From: a virus | Taxonomy: Duplodnaviria > Caudoviricetes | Length of the DNA: 36,624 nt | Direction: 5' to 3' (one strand) | IMG/VR virus record: IMGVR_UViG_3300043932_000294 | Span: 1-36,624 of that record | In this document: piece after piece, positions 26,190 through 34,113 of the stretch | Layout of the letters: every line of letters starts with the position of its first letter | Position numbering within the stretch: position 1 is the first letter of the stretch | Notes under the pieces: model-generated | The model's database searches: none | What the model was told of the DNA's origin: nothing | What the model saw: only the letters and a program-made list of their open reading frames with translations | Program-made: the position numbers and the translations under genes

Positions 26190-26702
26190 TTAGCAGCTTC
26201 CCCAGCTAAACACCTCTTGAGGGGAAAGATCTGATAATTCTTGAATCATTTTTCTAGCAATATCGTAAGTCTGGCTTTCACTGTATCCGACTTTATCGGC
26301 AATTTCTTTCCATGGCGGTCGGCGTGTCCACTTTTTTCGTGCATCTGGATCTTTAGGCCCTAAATAAGCCAGCTCTAAGATTCGTCTTTCTGTTAGTCCC
26401 AACGTGCTTAACGCCACTCGGCACCAGTCGCGCTGCTCCTGAAGGCTGGCAATGCGCTTTTGGCAGGATCCAATCTGTCGGTCAAAATAAACGGTGTTGT
26501 CCCGCATGGCTGCGTTCGCAGTTTGATCGCTCGTGCTGCCTTTTCCGGTCGGCAGCCCGGAGAGGATAGGGGAGGAAAGAGAAAATTTTCCGCGCTCTTC
26601 CTGGCAGTGCCGGATCGTTGCCAACTCTTCATCAATCATTTGAGGAATGTCGTAATATTTCTGCAAAAGTTTCTTGATCTGATCCGGCGTCATTGGTTCC
26701 AT
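26190..26702 (-). CDS. ArpU/RinA-like late transcriptional activator
   Basis: GKGSTSDQT, ERRILELAY, C-terminal HTH WKEIADKVGYSESQ; last early gene. Confidence 0.8.
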   Translation of the reverse strand: MEPMTPDQIKKLLQKYYDIPQMIDEELATIRHCQEERGKFSLSSPILSGLPTGKGSTSDQTANAAMRDNTVYFDRQIGSCQKRIASLQEQRDWCRVALSTLGLTERRILELAYLGPKDPDARKKWTRRPPWKEIADKVGYSESQTYDIARKMIQELSDLSPQEVFSWGSC

Positions 26703-26725
26703 TCAAAACATTCCTCCTATAAAAA

Positions 26726-27220
26726 TCATTCGCTGAAATAGTTTCTCGCTTGCTGACGTGCGTTTTGTAACGTCCTGAATTGATCTGCGTTTCCTCCGCA
26801 ATCTGGATGATCAATTTTCGCAAGACGTCTGAATTGAGTTTCTACATCATCCAGACTTTTAGGTACTTCCGAAAACTGCAATACTTTTGCCCAGTCAGGA
26901 AGATTGCTTTTTGCGGGCAGCATTTTCATACCAGCTACCCATGTCGATAGATCGTATATTCCGCGCTCAACCATTCGGGCAAGGTCTTCCAGTGACAAAA
27001 CCACCTGGGCAAATACATCGGACCCATATTTGATATTGACCCCGTGAGCGATAGCATTCTCTACACTGTGAGAAAACCGGTAATGCTGCCCTTTATAAAC
27101 GAATTCCACCCAACAGGAAAAACGATCCCAATTATAATCATATTGATCAACGCCAAGGCGAGCCATTACCTTTTCGAGTTTTGCTTCATAGGTCGCTGGC
27201 TCTGCATATTGTTTTGACAT
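26726..27220 (-). CDS. Protein with C-terminal DnaJ (J) domain
   Basis: FRRLAKIDHPDCGGNADQFRTLQNA (HPD motif); start MSKQY with RBS AGGAGG. Confidence 0.8.
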   Translation of the reverse strand: MSKQYAEPATYEAKLEKVMARLGVDQYDYNWDRFSCWVEFVYKGQHYRFSHSVENAIAHGVNIKYGSDVFAQVVLSLEDLARMVERGIYDLSTWVAGMKMLPAKSNLPDWAKVLQFSEVPKSLDDVETQFRRLAKIDHPDCGGNADQFRTLQNARQQARNYFSE

Positions 27221-27237
27221 TATGACACCTCCTTGTT

Positions 27238-27678
27238 TTAGTCTGCAATAATTTCTCGAAATGCCCATCCGTTCGGACGGCAGTACTTTTCAATGAATAA
27301 CCTTCGGCGGTATATGTAATCTCTCTGAAGCTTTCGTATGGCCTTTGATTTCGTTTCTACGGCTTCAATAGTCCCGTTCCGGTAAGTTATGAGGAAATCA
27401 GGAGTATAACGCGCTGAGGGCAATTTTAGGCCGCAGTACTCGCTCTTTGGAAGTAGCTCAAAACTTTTGTGTAACTCTACATCAATCACCTGTCCGCTTA
27501 AGATTTTCGGGAGTATGTCGGTCATATAAAAATTACGTTCCAGCTGACTGTCAAACTCATCGGATTGTTTCGGCTTGCAGTGCTCTTTCCGCTGATTTTG
27601 TCTTTGTCGTTCTTTTATTTGACGTTTCAGTTCGGCACGGACAGCAGGACCAAGTTGACTTAAGTCGTCAATTCTCAT
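27238..27678 (-). CDS. DUF1064-like PD-(D/E)XK endonuclease
   Basis: FDSQLE, FELLP, YTPDF, VETK motifs. Confidence 0.8.
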   Translation of the reverse strand: MRIDDLSQLGPAVRAELKRQIKERQRQNQRKEHCKPKQSDEFDSQLERNFYMTDILPKILSGQVIDVELHKSFELLPKSEYCGLKLPSARYTPDFLITYRNGTIEAVETKSKAIRKLQRDYIYRRRLFIEKYCRPNGWAFREIIAD

Positions 27679-27872
27679 GAAAAAACGTTTCTCCCGTTTT
27701 GCATTTCTTTTTTGCGCCGAATGAGTTCGGTCTGAATAATTTCTATTTCTGCCCTGGCAGAAGATACAGATTCGCTTTTGCCGATTTGGAGATTAAAGCT
27801 GATTGTTTCCATGAGACTATCGATTCGGCGCTGAAGTCTTTCTACAGGGAGTGTATGGTAATCAAGACTCAT
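27675..27872 (-). CDS. 65-aa hypothetical protein (MSLDYHTLPVE...)
   Basis: RBS GGAGG; coupled to neighbours; start reassigned from 28070. Confidence 0.65.
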   Translation of the reverse strand: MSLDYHTLPVERLQRRIDSLMETISFNLQIGKSESVSSARAEIEIIQTELIRRKKEMQNGRNVFS

Positions 27873-28080
27873 TTTTTGTTGCCTCCAGTTTTGGCAGTAT
27901 GTATTTTTCAAAATCCAGCCGTTCGCTGTCAGATAGGGGACACCAGCCCGGAATCCCCTTCCAGTGTTTGTAACGCTTGTATAGCGGCAGGACGGTCGGG
28001 TGGTTAATATTGACCCGAAACCCATATGGACTGTGTTCCAACAGAAGCCCGGTTTCTGCCGGATTGTCATGGTAAATCAT
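27862..28080 (-). CDS. 72-aa hypothetical protein
   Basis: Overlaps both neighbours; GFRVNINHP..LY.RYK..KGI..PLSDSER..FE. Confidence 0.7.
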   Translation of the reverse strand: MIYHDNPAETGLLLEHSPYGFRVNINHPTVLPLYKRYKHWKGIPGWCPLSDSERLDFEKYILPKLEATKNES

Positions 28081-28966
28081 GCGTGATCTCTTTCATACTG
28101 TTTTTAAGATATTCATCCCAATCATTTTTCATTCTGTTTTGGGGCTGCGGTAATCCCTTTTGATTCTGTGATCTGGAAAGCCATGAATTGATGAATTTTT
28201 TGATTCCACTTTTTGTCTTTCTGCGGCTTTGGTTGGCATCACACCAGCCTTTCATTTTCCGAAATTCCTGCTCGATATCTGCTGCAGGATATAACGCTTT
28301 CCATTCTCCAATCTGACGTTCAGTAATTGGATATTCAGAATTATCACGAAGAATAAGAGAAATAAATGGAGGGGAGACGGGTGAAACCGCTTTTGCGGTT
28401 GAACCTGTCTTTTCTATACTCTTCTTTTTTCCTTTACTCTCCTTTCCTTTACTTTGGGGATTAATTTGCAAATTAACTTGGTTATTTTCTAAATTAACGG
28501 TGGTTTTCTCTAAATTTACAGTTTTAAAGGTAACCTTATTAAGAATGCTGGTTGGAACGTCTTTTTTATCAGATGAATCCAATAACCAGTATTCTTTTAT
28601 AATCTGTATTTCTTCACGGGTAGATACTGCACGTATGTACCTGCGCTGGATACCCGCCGATGTCAAAATGCCGAACATCTGAAAAACCCCATTATTGAAA
28701 ATGGAACGTCGCAGACACCCTTGCACCACCTGCGTTATGTTCTCGGGGACGATCCCACAACCGACAGCGTCAGCCATGAGGAGGCAGGAATCTTTGTCCC
28801 ACACTTTGTAATATCCAGTCGTGCGATAAATATCGCACAATAGAGAGATCACAATCAGGATCCCTTTTGATCCAAATTCGGCCTTGATCAGCCGGATTTT
28901 ATCATCTTGAAGAAAATCAACATCAAGAGGAAAATAATCAATCCCGTCCTTAGTGGGACGAGCCAT
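28067..28966 (-). CDS. Replication initiator (DUF4373/Lin1244-like N-terminus)
   Basis: MARPTKDGIDYFPLDVDF, ILTSAGIQRRY, basic linker, C-terminal YPAADIEQE..W...RKT..GI..FINSWL. Confidence 0.85.
   Translation of the reverse strand: MARPTKDGIDYFPLDVDFLQDDKIRLIKAEFGSKGILIVISLLCDIYRTTGYYKVWDKDSCLLMADAVGCGIVPENITQVVQGCLRRSIFNNGVFQMFGILTSAGIQRRYIRAVSTREEIQIIKEYWLLDSSDKKDVPTSILNKVTFKTVNLEKTTVNLENNQVNLQINPQSKGKESKGKKKSIEKTGSTAKAVSPVSPPFISLILRDNSEYPITERQIGEWKALYPAADIEQEFRKMKGWCDANQSRRKTKSGIKKFINSWLSRSQNQKGLPQPQNRMKNDWDEYLKNSMKEITHDLP
28457..28519. repeat. Three 21-bp-period repeats inside the initiator gene, candidate origin iterons
   Basis: AAATT(A/T)AC at 28470, 28491, 28512; AT-rich. Confidence 0.6.
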
Positions 28967-29029
28967 AAGATCACCTCCCAGATAACGGATAGAACACACC
29001 ACCCACCATCCCACTTGTGTCCTACATTT

Positions 29030-29353
29030 TTAAAGCTGATTTTGTTTTGCATATTTTAAGGAAAGATACCGAAATTTTCTACAGGTGAATACATGAGGCT
29101 GCAGAGCGTAAAAGGTACGCTGCCCAATGAAGTCTCCTGCATTTTGCGCAGTAAGAATTTTAACTCCGGTAATGATTTCCCCTTTATAAACCACATGGAG
29201 GGGACTGCATGGATCCCACATGCAAAGAACTGGATTCCGATCGCATGGGCAGTATTTCCGATCTCCAACTTTTCTCCAAACCAGCGCTGCTTCACACTGA
29301 GGGCAGATGTCTTCGCCCCTCTTAAAGTGTGTCAAATATACTCGTTCCTGCAT
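29030..29353 (-). CDS. Cys-containing hypothetical protein
   Basis: CPQC..L.W...PCD..PHVFTC; ATG 29353 best spaced from GGAG. Confidence 0.65.
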   Translation of the reverse strand: MQERVYLTHFKRGEDICPQCEAALVWRKVGDRKYCPCDRNPVLCMWDPCSPLHVVYKGEIITGVKILTAQNAGDFIGQRTFYALQPHVFTCRKFRYLSLKYAKQNQL

Positions 29354-30236
29354 AATCGTCATACTCCTGATTATCCGGATCAAACCGAAACTGCGGCATT
29401 AAATCCGTGTACATTTTGAATCGCCTGAGCTGCTTTGTTCTGCGACAATATTCACACTCTCCGCACCGCCTGGGATTTTCTTCTCCGTTCTTGAGACGCT
29501 GAATATGAGGGACGTTGGCTTTTACTGTTTTTAATTCCAACTCCCAGCGTGCATCGTCATTGAGTAGAAAGGCTTCTTTATCCGGTGGGGATTGTTTGGA
29601 AACTCCTAAAATAATAAAGGTTGGGAAGGTATCTGCTTTGGCGTTCTGCCGCTCGATTTCGCCATATACGGCAGCCCGCATCAAATACCCATATTCTTCT
29701 ACAAACGTTTGATGTTCTTTGGTAACCGGGTTATAGAAGGTTTCTCTCAAATTTGCTGAGGTCTTATAGTCGATGATCTTTCGCCCGGAAGCACAATACT
29801 TATCCATCTTCATCCGCCAGGGAATCCCTCCAACTGTACCTACCATGGGCATTTCATTTTCGCCGGGCCAGGATAGCACCATAGACATTAGAGGATCCTG
29901 GTGAACTGCTAAAATCATTTGATCCAACAATTCAAACGGCGCATATTTACCGATAATTTCAGTACCTCTTGCTTTTGTGGTTTTCGTCTTAAAGATCTTA
30001 TCAGACCCATCTTCGCAAAACTTTTTAAACGCTTCCGGGCTTTCAAAATAGGAATGAAAATACTGCCCTTGAAACAGCGCATCTGATTGTTTCTCCGGTT
30101 CCCATAGACCTCGAAGCTTCGCAATTTCAGCAGCCTCACATTTCTGAAATGCTTGGTACTGAGAGCAGCTCATATAATTGATATCTGCTTCTCGGGAATA
30201 ATAATTTTCATCAGTCAGTTGGAATACTTCCGGCAT
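29322..30236 (-). CDS. DUF3799 PD-(D/E)XK exonuclease (RecE-like partner of RecT)
   Basis: LTDENYYS, YMSCSQY, KMD, IIDYKT, Q/R.AVY, C-terminal CGECEYC. Confidence 0.85.
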   Translation of the reverse strand: MPEVFQLTDENYYSREADINYMSCSQYQAFQKCEAAEIAKLRGLWEPEKQSDALFQGQYFHSYFESPEAFKKFCEDGSDKIFKTKTTKARGTEIIGKYAPFELLDQMILAVHQDPLMSMVLSWPGENEMPMVGTVGGIPWRMKMDKYCASGRKIIDYKTSANLRETFYNPVTKEHQTFVEEYGYLMRAAVYGEIERQNAKADTFPTFIILGVSKQSPPDKEAFLLNDDARWELELKTVKANVPHIQRLKNGEENPRRCGECEYCRRTKQLRRFKMYTDLMPQFRFDPDNQEYDDYAGTSIFDTL

Positions 30237-31110
30237 GATTCGCTTCCTCCTTTTCTAGTCTTTCCGCTGCTGTCCCTTTTACAGGTTCAACCTGAGCTAC
30301 CTCAACCGGAATGGAGGCCTTTGTTTGCACCTCAGCATTCAAAGATTCCAGCCGCTTGTTTTCCTCCTGCACGGGGGTAGCAGAAGTATTCACATACTGC
30401 TCGCCTGTAGCATTGAATGCCTCAATGACTAGGTCGCTATCATCAGAAGTATTTAAAAAGAACTTACAAGCACGCCCAATCACTGTTCTTTTCGCCATCT
30501 GATCCGGGAATTCCTTATGTACGGAATGTTCCTTTGAACGGCTTTTACTCCAAGCCTTTTCAATCTGCTTGCGATTCATAATCTCGGTATAGCTTTCCCC
30601 TTCATCCAACAGAATGGTGCAATAAACTGCTCGGATATCCTCAATCCCATCCCCAATATTATCAATGGAGCTTTCGTGTTTTAGAATTTTCCAGCTGCCG
30701 GCCTCTTTGGTTACTTCAAAGGTATCTCCGTTCCAGACCACATCTGAAATGATCTTTTTCACACCTGGAACATGTTTGGTTACAGCCATGGTTCCAAAAT
30801 AGGAACGTTGCGCTTGCAGATGATTTCCATAAACAATGTAATAAATTTGCTTCTTTGCAGGGTTCAATCCCTGAATAACCGTATACAGCAAAGCATTTGC
30901 CACACTATCCTTTGTGCAGACATCCAGGGCAGGGCGTTTTTGCAAATCCTTTGTTTCCTGAATGGTCAGCCATGCGGTACGCAGTGCATTTGATACACTG
31001 TAGTTCGGAGGAAAGTTAATGCCACCCTGATGAGATAGCTCCTCAATCCGATCATTTACGCTATCAAGAATACTTTTTTCCTGTTTGCGAGCTAACGTGT
31101 TTTCAGACAT
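30211..31110 (-). CDS. recT: RecT-family single-strand annealing protein
   Basis: NYSVSNAL, GLNPAKKQIY.I.YG, QRSYFG, FPDQMAKRTVI.RACK. Confidence 0.9.
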   Translation of the reverse strand: MSENTLARKQEKSILDSVNDRIEELSHQGGINFPPNYSVSNALRTAWLTIQETKDLQKRPALDVCTKDSVANALLYTVIQGLNPAKKQIYYIVYGNHLQAQRSYFGTMAVTKHVPGVKKIISDVVWNGDTFEVTKEAGSWKILKHESSIDNIGDGIEDIRAVYCTILLDEGESYTEIMNRKQIEKAWSKSRSKEHSVHKEFPDQMAKRTVIGRACKFFLNTSDDSDLVIEAFNATGEQYVNTSATPVQEENKRLESLNAEVQTKASIPVEVAQVEPVKGTAAERLEKEEANHAGSIPTD

Positions 31111-31426
31111 TTCTTATTCCTCCATTTTCTGATTTATCTGGCAGCCAATTCCCGGAATAAAACCAATTGACTAGTGCTTTCATAAATTCCTGCCGGCAGT
31201 CGCCTATATTTTCAGAATAAACAAACGTTATTCCACAGCGAAGCATGGCATAGGGAAGAGCATCATCTGCAGACACAGTTTTTCCTCTCTCTGGACCGAT
31301 CCCTTTATAAGCAACGATATTTTGCTTGACAAATTTCTTATTCTGCGGTACTTTTAAATTATTAGTGGTTCTGTTTTCCGCCCGAGTGTTGGTAGCGCTC
31401 TGGGCGGTATTTTTATATTCCGGCAT
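31103..31426 (-). CDS. 107-aa hypothetical protein
   Basis: RBS AAGGAG; YKGIGPE.G..V...DA..YA and WFYSGNW motifs. Confidence 0.7.
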   Translation of the reverse strand: MPEYKNTAQSATNTRAENRTTNNLKVPQNKKFVKQNIVAYKGIGPERGKTVSADDALPYAMLRCGITFVYSENIGDCRQEFMKALVNWFYSGNWLPDKSENGGIRNV

Positions 31427-31679
31427 TGTTATTTCTCCTTTCTTTCATTAAAATATCGGTTGGATTACTTCCGGATGCTTGGCAAGCACGGATCAACGCA
31501 TTTTTGAGTTCTGTGGAAGTCCATGTTTCCGGCTCATATTTGCGCAAAACGATGCAGTCTCCGTCTACAAAAATTTCTATTGGGTCACCATCTTTAATGC
31601 CGCGAGTTTTGCGGAGTTCCTTCGGAATTACCACTCGTCCGAGATTATCAATGTGTCTTACGACTCCTGTTGCTTTCAT
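31413..31679 (-). CDS. AbrB/SpoVT-family DNA-binding protein
   Basis: MKATGVVRHIDNLGRVVIPKELR..I..GDPIEIFVDGD.IVLRKY. Confidence 0.92.
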   Translation of the reverse strand: MKATGVVRHIDNLGRVVIPKELRKTRGIKDGDPIEIFVDGDCIVLRKYEPETWTSTELKNALIRACQASGSNPTDILMKERRNNNAGI

Positions 31680-31853
31680 TTATTCCCACCTCATTTCTTG
31701 GCGATTTTGTGATTTTCTGCGATTGATACGCCGCTGCTCATGCTCCCAGGCTTTCATGGCCTTCTGACGGTAATGCTCAATCGAGATTGCTTTAATGGCA
31801 CGGATCGCAATCGATACGACAGCGATCAAGCCTATGTACTCAAATAAATTCAT
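31680..31853 (-). CDS. 57-aa single-TM protein MNLFEYIGLIAVVSIAIRAIK...
   Basis: RBS AAGGAGG; stop abuts the AbrB start; missed by the ORF track. Confidence 0.7.
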   Translation of the reverse strand: MNLFEYIGLIAVVSIAIRAIKAISIEHYRQKAMKAWEHEQRRINRRKSQNRQEMRWE

Positions 31854-31874
31854 GCTGATTCCTCCTTCCTAAAC

Positions 31875-31903
31875 TTGTCCTCTTCCACCGCTGGTGATAT
31901 TAT
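31875..31903 (+). promoter_or_regulatory. SigmaA promoter for the DUF4145 gene
   Basis: TTGTCC-N17-TATTAT with extended -10 TG. Confidence 0.6.
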
Positions 31904-31927
31904 TTAGGTGGGGAGGAGGTGAATGAA

Positions 31928-32596
31928 ATGTCAACATTTGTATGTCCATATTGTGGAGTTACCGTTCCAGAAGATTGGGACACGATAAATACTTTTGAAA
32001 TTAAGGACACGAAAGTGCAAACAGTCAGTCTGTATTCAAGTGATGAGCATTGGAAGGACTGCCTTAAGATTCTTCAAAAAAAATGTCCAGAATGTGGTAA
32101 TTATTTTATTACTGCCAAAGGCACAGGAGGAAAATATGCTAGCGTAGATTGTATTATTTCTCCTAAATCGCTTGCAAAACATTTTCCAAACTATATCCCG
32201 GCGGCAATTCGATCTGATTATGAAGAAGCCTATCTGATTTTGAAGGAGAGCCCAAAGGCATCTGCAACTTTGTCAAGAAGATGCCTGCAAGGCATGATTC
32301 ACGACTTTTGGAATATTCATGGGAAGAACCTTAACACTGAAATTTCACAGTTACATACTTGCGTGTCTCCTACTATGTGGAAAGCAATTGATGGTTTGCG
32401 TAAGCTTGGGAATATCGGTGCGCATATGGAAATCGAGGCCGACAAGGTCATCGATATAGAGCCAGATGAAGCAGAAAAACTTCTGAAGCTTATTGAGCTG
32501 CTCATTGAAAAGTGGTATATAAGCAGGCATGATGAAGAAAAATTGTATTCCGATATTGTGGAAATTAATGAAGAAAAGGTTTTGCAGAAGAAATGA
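31928..32596 (+). CDS. DUF4145 (HEPN-like) protein with N-terminal zinc ribbon
   Basis: CPYC/CPEC; DYEEA..SPKASATLSRRCLQ; LRKLGNIGAH; opposite strand to the early operon. Confidence 0.85.
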   Translation: MSTFVCPYCGVTVPEDWDTINTFEIKDTKVQTVSLYSSDEHWKDCLKILQKKCPECGNYFITAKGTGGKYASVDCIISPKSLAKHFPNYIPAAIRSDYEEAYLILKESPKASATLSRRCLQGMIHDFWNIHGKNLNTEISQLHTCVSPTMWKAIDGLRKLGNIGAHMEIEADKVIDIEPDEAEKLLKLIELLIEKWYISRHDEEKLYSDIVEINEEKVLQKK

Positions 32597-32601
32597 CCGT
32601 T

Positions 32602-32772
32602 TTAATTACGAGATTCAGCTAGCAACTTTCCGTCAAAATTCCAGTACTGGGAAACGATTCTTGCGGGGTCGTTATCTGTTCCGCGCCCTTTTAATGATCG
32701 TGTTTCGATAACTTTAATAACTTTAGCGCTGTCCGTTCCTCTAGGACGGGCAGCCTTTATTTCATCTTTCGT
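32602..32772 (-). pseudogene. 56-codon phage gene lacking a canonical start (ACG where ATG is expected)
   Basis: TKDEIKAARPRGTDSAKVIKVIETRSLKGRGTDNDPARIVSQYWNFDGKLLAESRN; purine-rich RBS-like region upstream; in-frame TGA three codons before ACG. Confidence 0.55.
32728..32762 (+). terminator. Hairpin terminator downstream of DUF4145
   Basis: GCTGTCCGTTC / GGACGGGCAGC stem then CTTTATTT. Confidence 0.55.
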
Positions 32773-32848
32773 CTTTCCTCAATTCCTTTCTTTTTCAGAC
32801 TGATGGGGCTTGTCCGACTTCGAAATTTTAAACGTCCTGAATCTTTAA

Positions 32849-33040
32849 TCACTTTTGTTTCTTTCGCATTTCTTCCTCAGCCTTTTCCATACACATTTGG
32901 GCGATGAGATGATACGCGGGGAGAGTCGTTTCATTGACTGGTACTACATATCCATCCATTGATTCCCTGATTGTTCCGTCCTTCATGCGATTGGTAATAT
33001 GCACGGTTTTCCCGCCGAGCTGCATATACATAAAAATCAC
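32849..33040 (-). CDS. Small early protein (ITNRMKDGTIRESMDGYVVP motif)
   Basis: GGGAGGTG upstream; start may be ATG 33031 or a later GTG. Confidence 0.7.
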   Translation of the reverse strand: MIFMYMQLGGKTVHITNRMKDGTIRESMDGYVVPVNETTLPAYHLIAQMCMEKAEEEMRKKQK

Positions 33041-33093
33041 CTCCCAAGATGTATATGATCGTTTGATTGTCCGACTTTACGCGGATTTTTCGG

Positions 33094-33234
33094 TTAAGCC
33101 ACTTCTTGCTTTACCCGATCACGCACGTTTGCCATGCCTTCGGCAAAGATTGCAATTGCTTCCTTGTCAGAATCATTAAGTTTTTCACAATTTTCAAAAA
33201 TCTTTTTGAGAATTTCCTTTGATTTATCTGTCAT
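33094..33234 (-). CDS. 46-aa first early gene (cro position), no HTH; resembles the repressor C-terminal helices
   Basis: MTDKSKEILKKIFENCEKLNDSDKEAIAIFAEGMANVRDRVKQEVA; RBS AAGGAGG; directly behind the consensus leftward promoter. Confidence 0.8.
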   Translation of the reverse strand: MTDKSKEILKKIFENCEKLNDSDKEAIAIFAEGMANVRDRVKQEVA

Positions 33235-33254
33235 GTGGCGTTCCTCCTTCCTTT

Positions 33255-33347
33255 ATATTGACTATGTGGGAATTATACCATGACAACGTGACTATGTCAA
33301 TACTTGTTTTAAAAAAATATTGACAATGTGGGATTGAGTGGTACAAT
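33255..33347. promoter_or_regulatory. Lysis/lysogeny switch: divergent promoters and operators
   Basis: Leftward TTGACA(33300-33295)-N17-TATAAT(33277-33272); rightward TTGACA(33320)-N16-TACAAT(33342); 17-bp repeats ATATTGACWATGTGGGA at 33255 and 33317; TGACAACGTG and TGACTATGTC at 33281 and 33289. Confidence 0.85.
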
Positions 33348-33372
33348 ATACTTGCAATCAGGAGGTGGTATT

Positions 33373-33750
33373 GTGTTAAAAGATAGAATTAAAGAAATTA
33401 GAAAATCAGTAGGCCTAAATCAGTCTGATTTTGGGGCAAAGGTCGGTGTTAAGGGTAATACGATAGGAAACTATGAGATCGGATTACGTTCTCCGTCGGA
33501 TGCGGTAATATTTTCAATTTGCAGAGAATTTAATGTAAATGAAAATTGGCTTAGGACCGGAGAAGGAGAAATGTTTTTAAAAATAAATGAAGAGGAAGAA
33601 TTATATTCTTTTTTAGGAGGACTAGCTAAGGAAGAGAATAGTTCATTTAAAAAACGTCTTATTTCTGCTTTAAGCCGGTTAAATGAGAGTGATTGGGAAA
33701 TGCTTGAAAAAATATCTGATAAAATGGTACAAAAAAAAGACGACGCTTAA
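33373..33750 (+). CDS. Xre-family HTH prophage repressor, no S24 peptidase domain (125 aa)
   Basis: RIKEIRK..GLNQSDFG..VG....IGNYEIG.R.PS; WLRTGEGEMF; GTG start with RBS AGGAGGT. Confidence 0.9.
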   Translation: MLKDRIKEIRKSVGLNQSDFGAKVGVKGNTIGNYEIGLRSPSDAVIFSICREFNVNENWLRTGEGEMFLKINEEEELYSFLGGLAKEENSSFKKRLISALSRLNESDWEMLEKISDKMVQKKDDA

Positions 33751-33765
33751 TGCGTCGCCTTTTAT
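33733..33765. terminator. Bidirectional terminator between the repressor and the convergent small ORF
   Basis: A-run, CGACGC-ttaat-GCGTCG, CCTTTT. Confidence 0.7.
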
Positions 33766-33771
33766 TATCTT

Positions 33772-33882
33772 TTATATCCAATTTTCTAAAAATTTTATCA
33801 ATAAATACAACTTTTGATTTGGCACATTTTTTAATAACCTTTTAATTTCGCCTTTTAACAGCATTCGTTCTTTTTTATTCAT
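33772..33882 (-). CDS. 36-aa putative SOS-induced antirepressor MNKKERMLLKGEIKRLLKNVPNQKLYLLIKFLENWI
   Basis: GGAGATGGGG upstream; own promoter with two DinR-like boxes; amphipathic helix pattern. Confidence 0.65.
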   Translation of the reverse strand: MNKKERMLLKGEIKRLLKNVPNQKLYLLIKFLENWI

Positions 33883-33903
33883 TTATCCCCATCTCCAAAA
33901 ATC

Positions 33904-33961
33904 CGCACATTTGTTCCGGTAGCGTGCCTTTTATTATAGAACGTCCATTCGACCAAATCAA
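33904..33961 (-). promoter_or_regulatory. SigmaA promoter with two LexA/DinR (GAAC-N4-GTTC-like) boxes
   Basis: TTGATT(33961-33956)-N17-TATAAT(33938-33933); GAATggacGTTC in the spacer (33939-33950); GAACaaatGTGC at 33905-33916. Confidence 0.7.
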
Positions 33962-34113
33962 CTAAAAAATCGACTAATTTTATAATGATATTTTTGTATG
34001 GGACAAATTTGGGACATGAGATTGATTTTTGGTGAGAAATTGGAAATATAGGATTGATTGTTGTCATATATTGGGATATATTGTAAATATCTATATTTAA
34101 AGGAGAGATATTT

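Noticed and set aside
33094-33234. Calling the first early gene Cro
   Set aside because: No HTH pattern; it resembles the repressor C-terminal helices instead.
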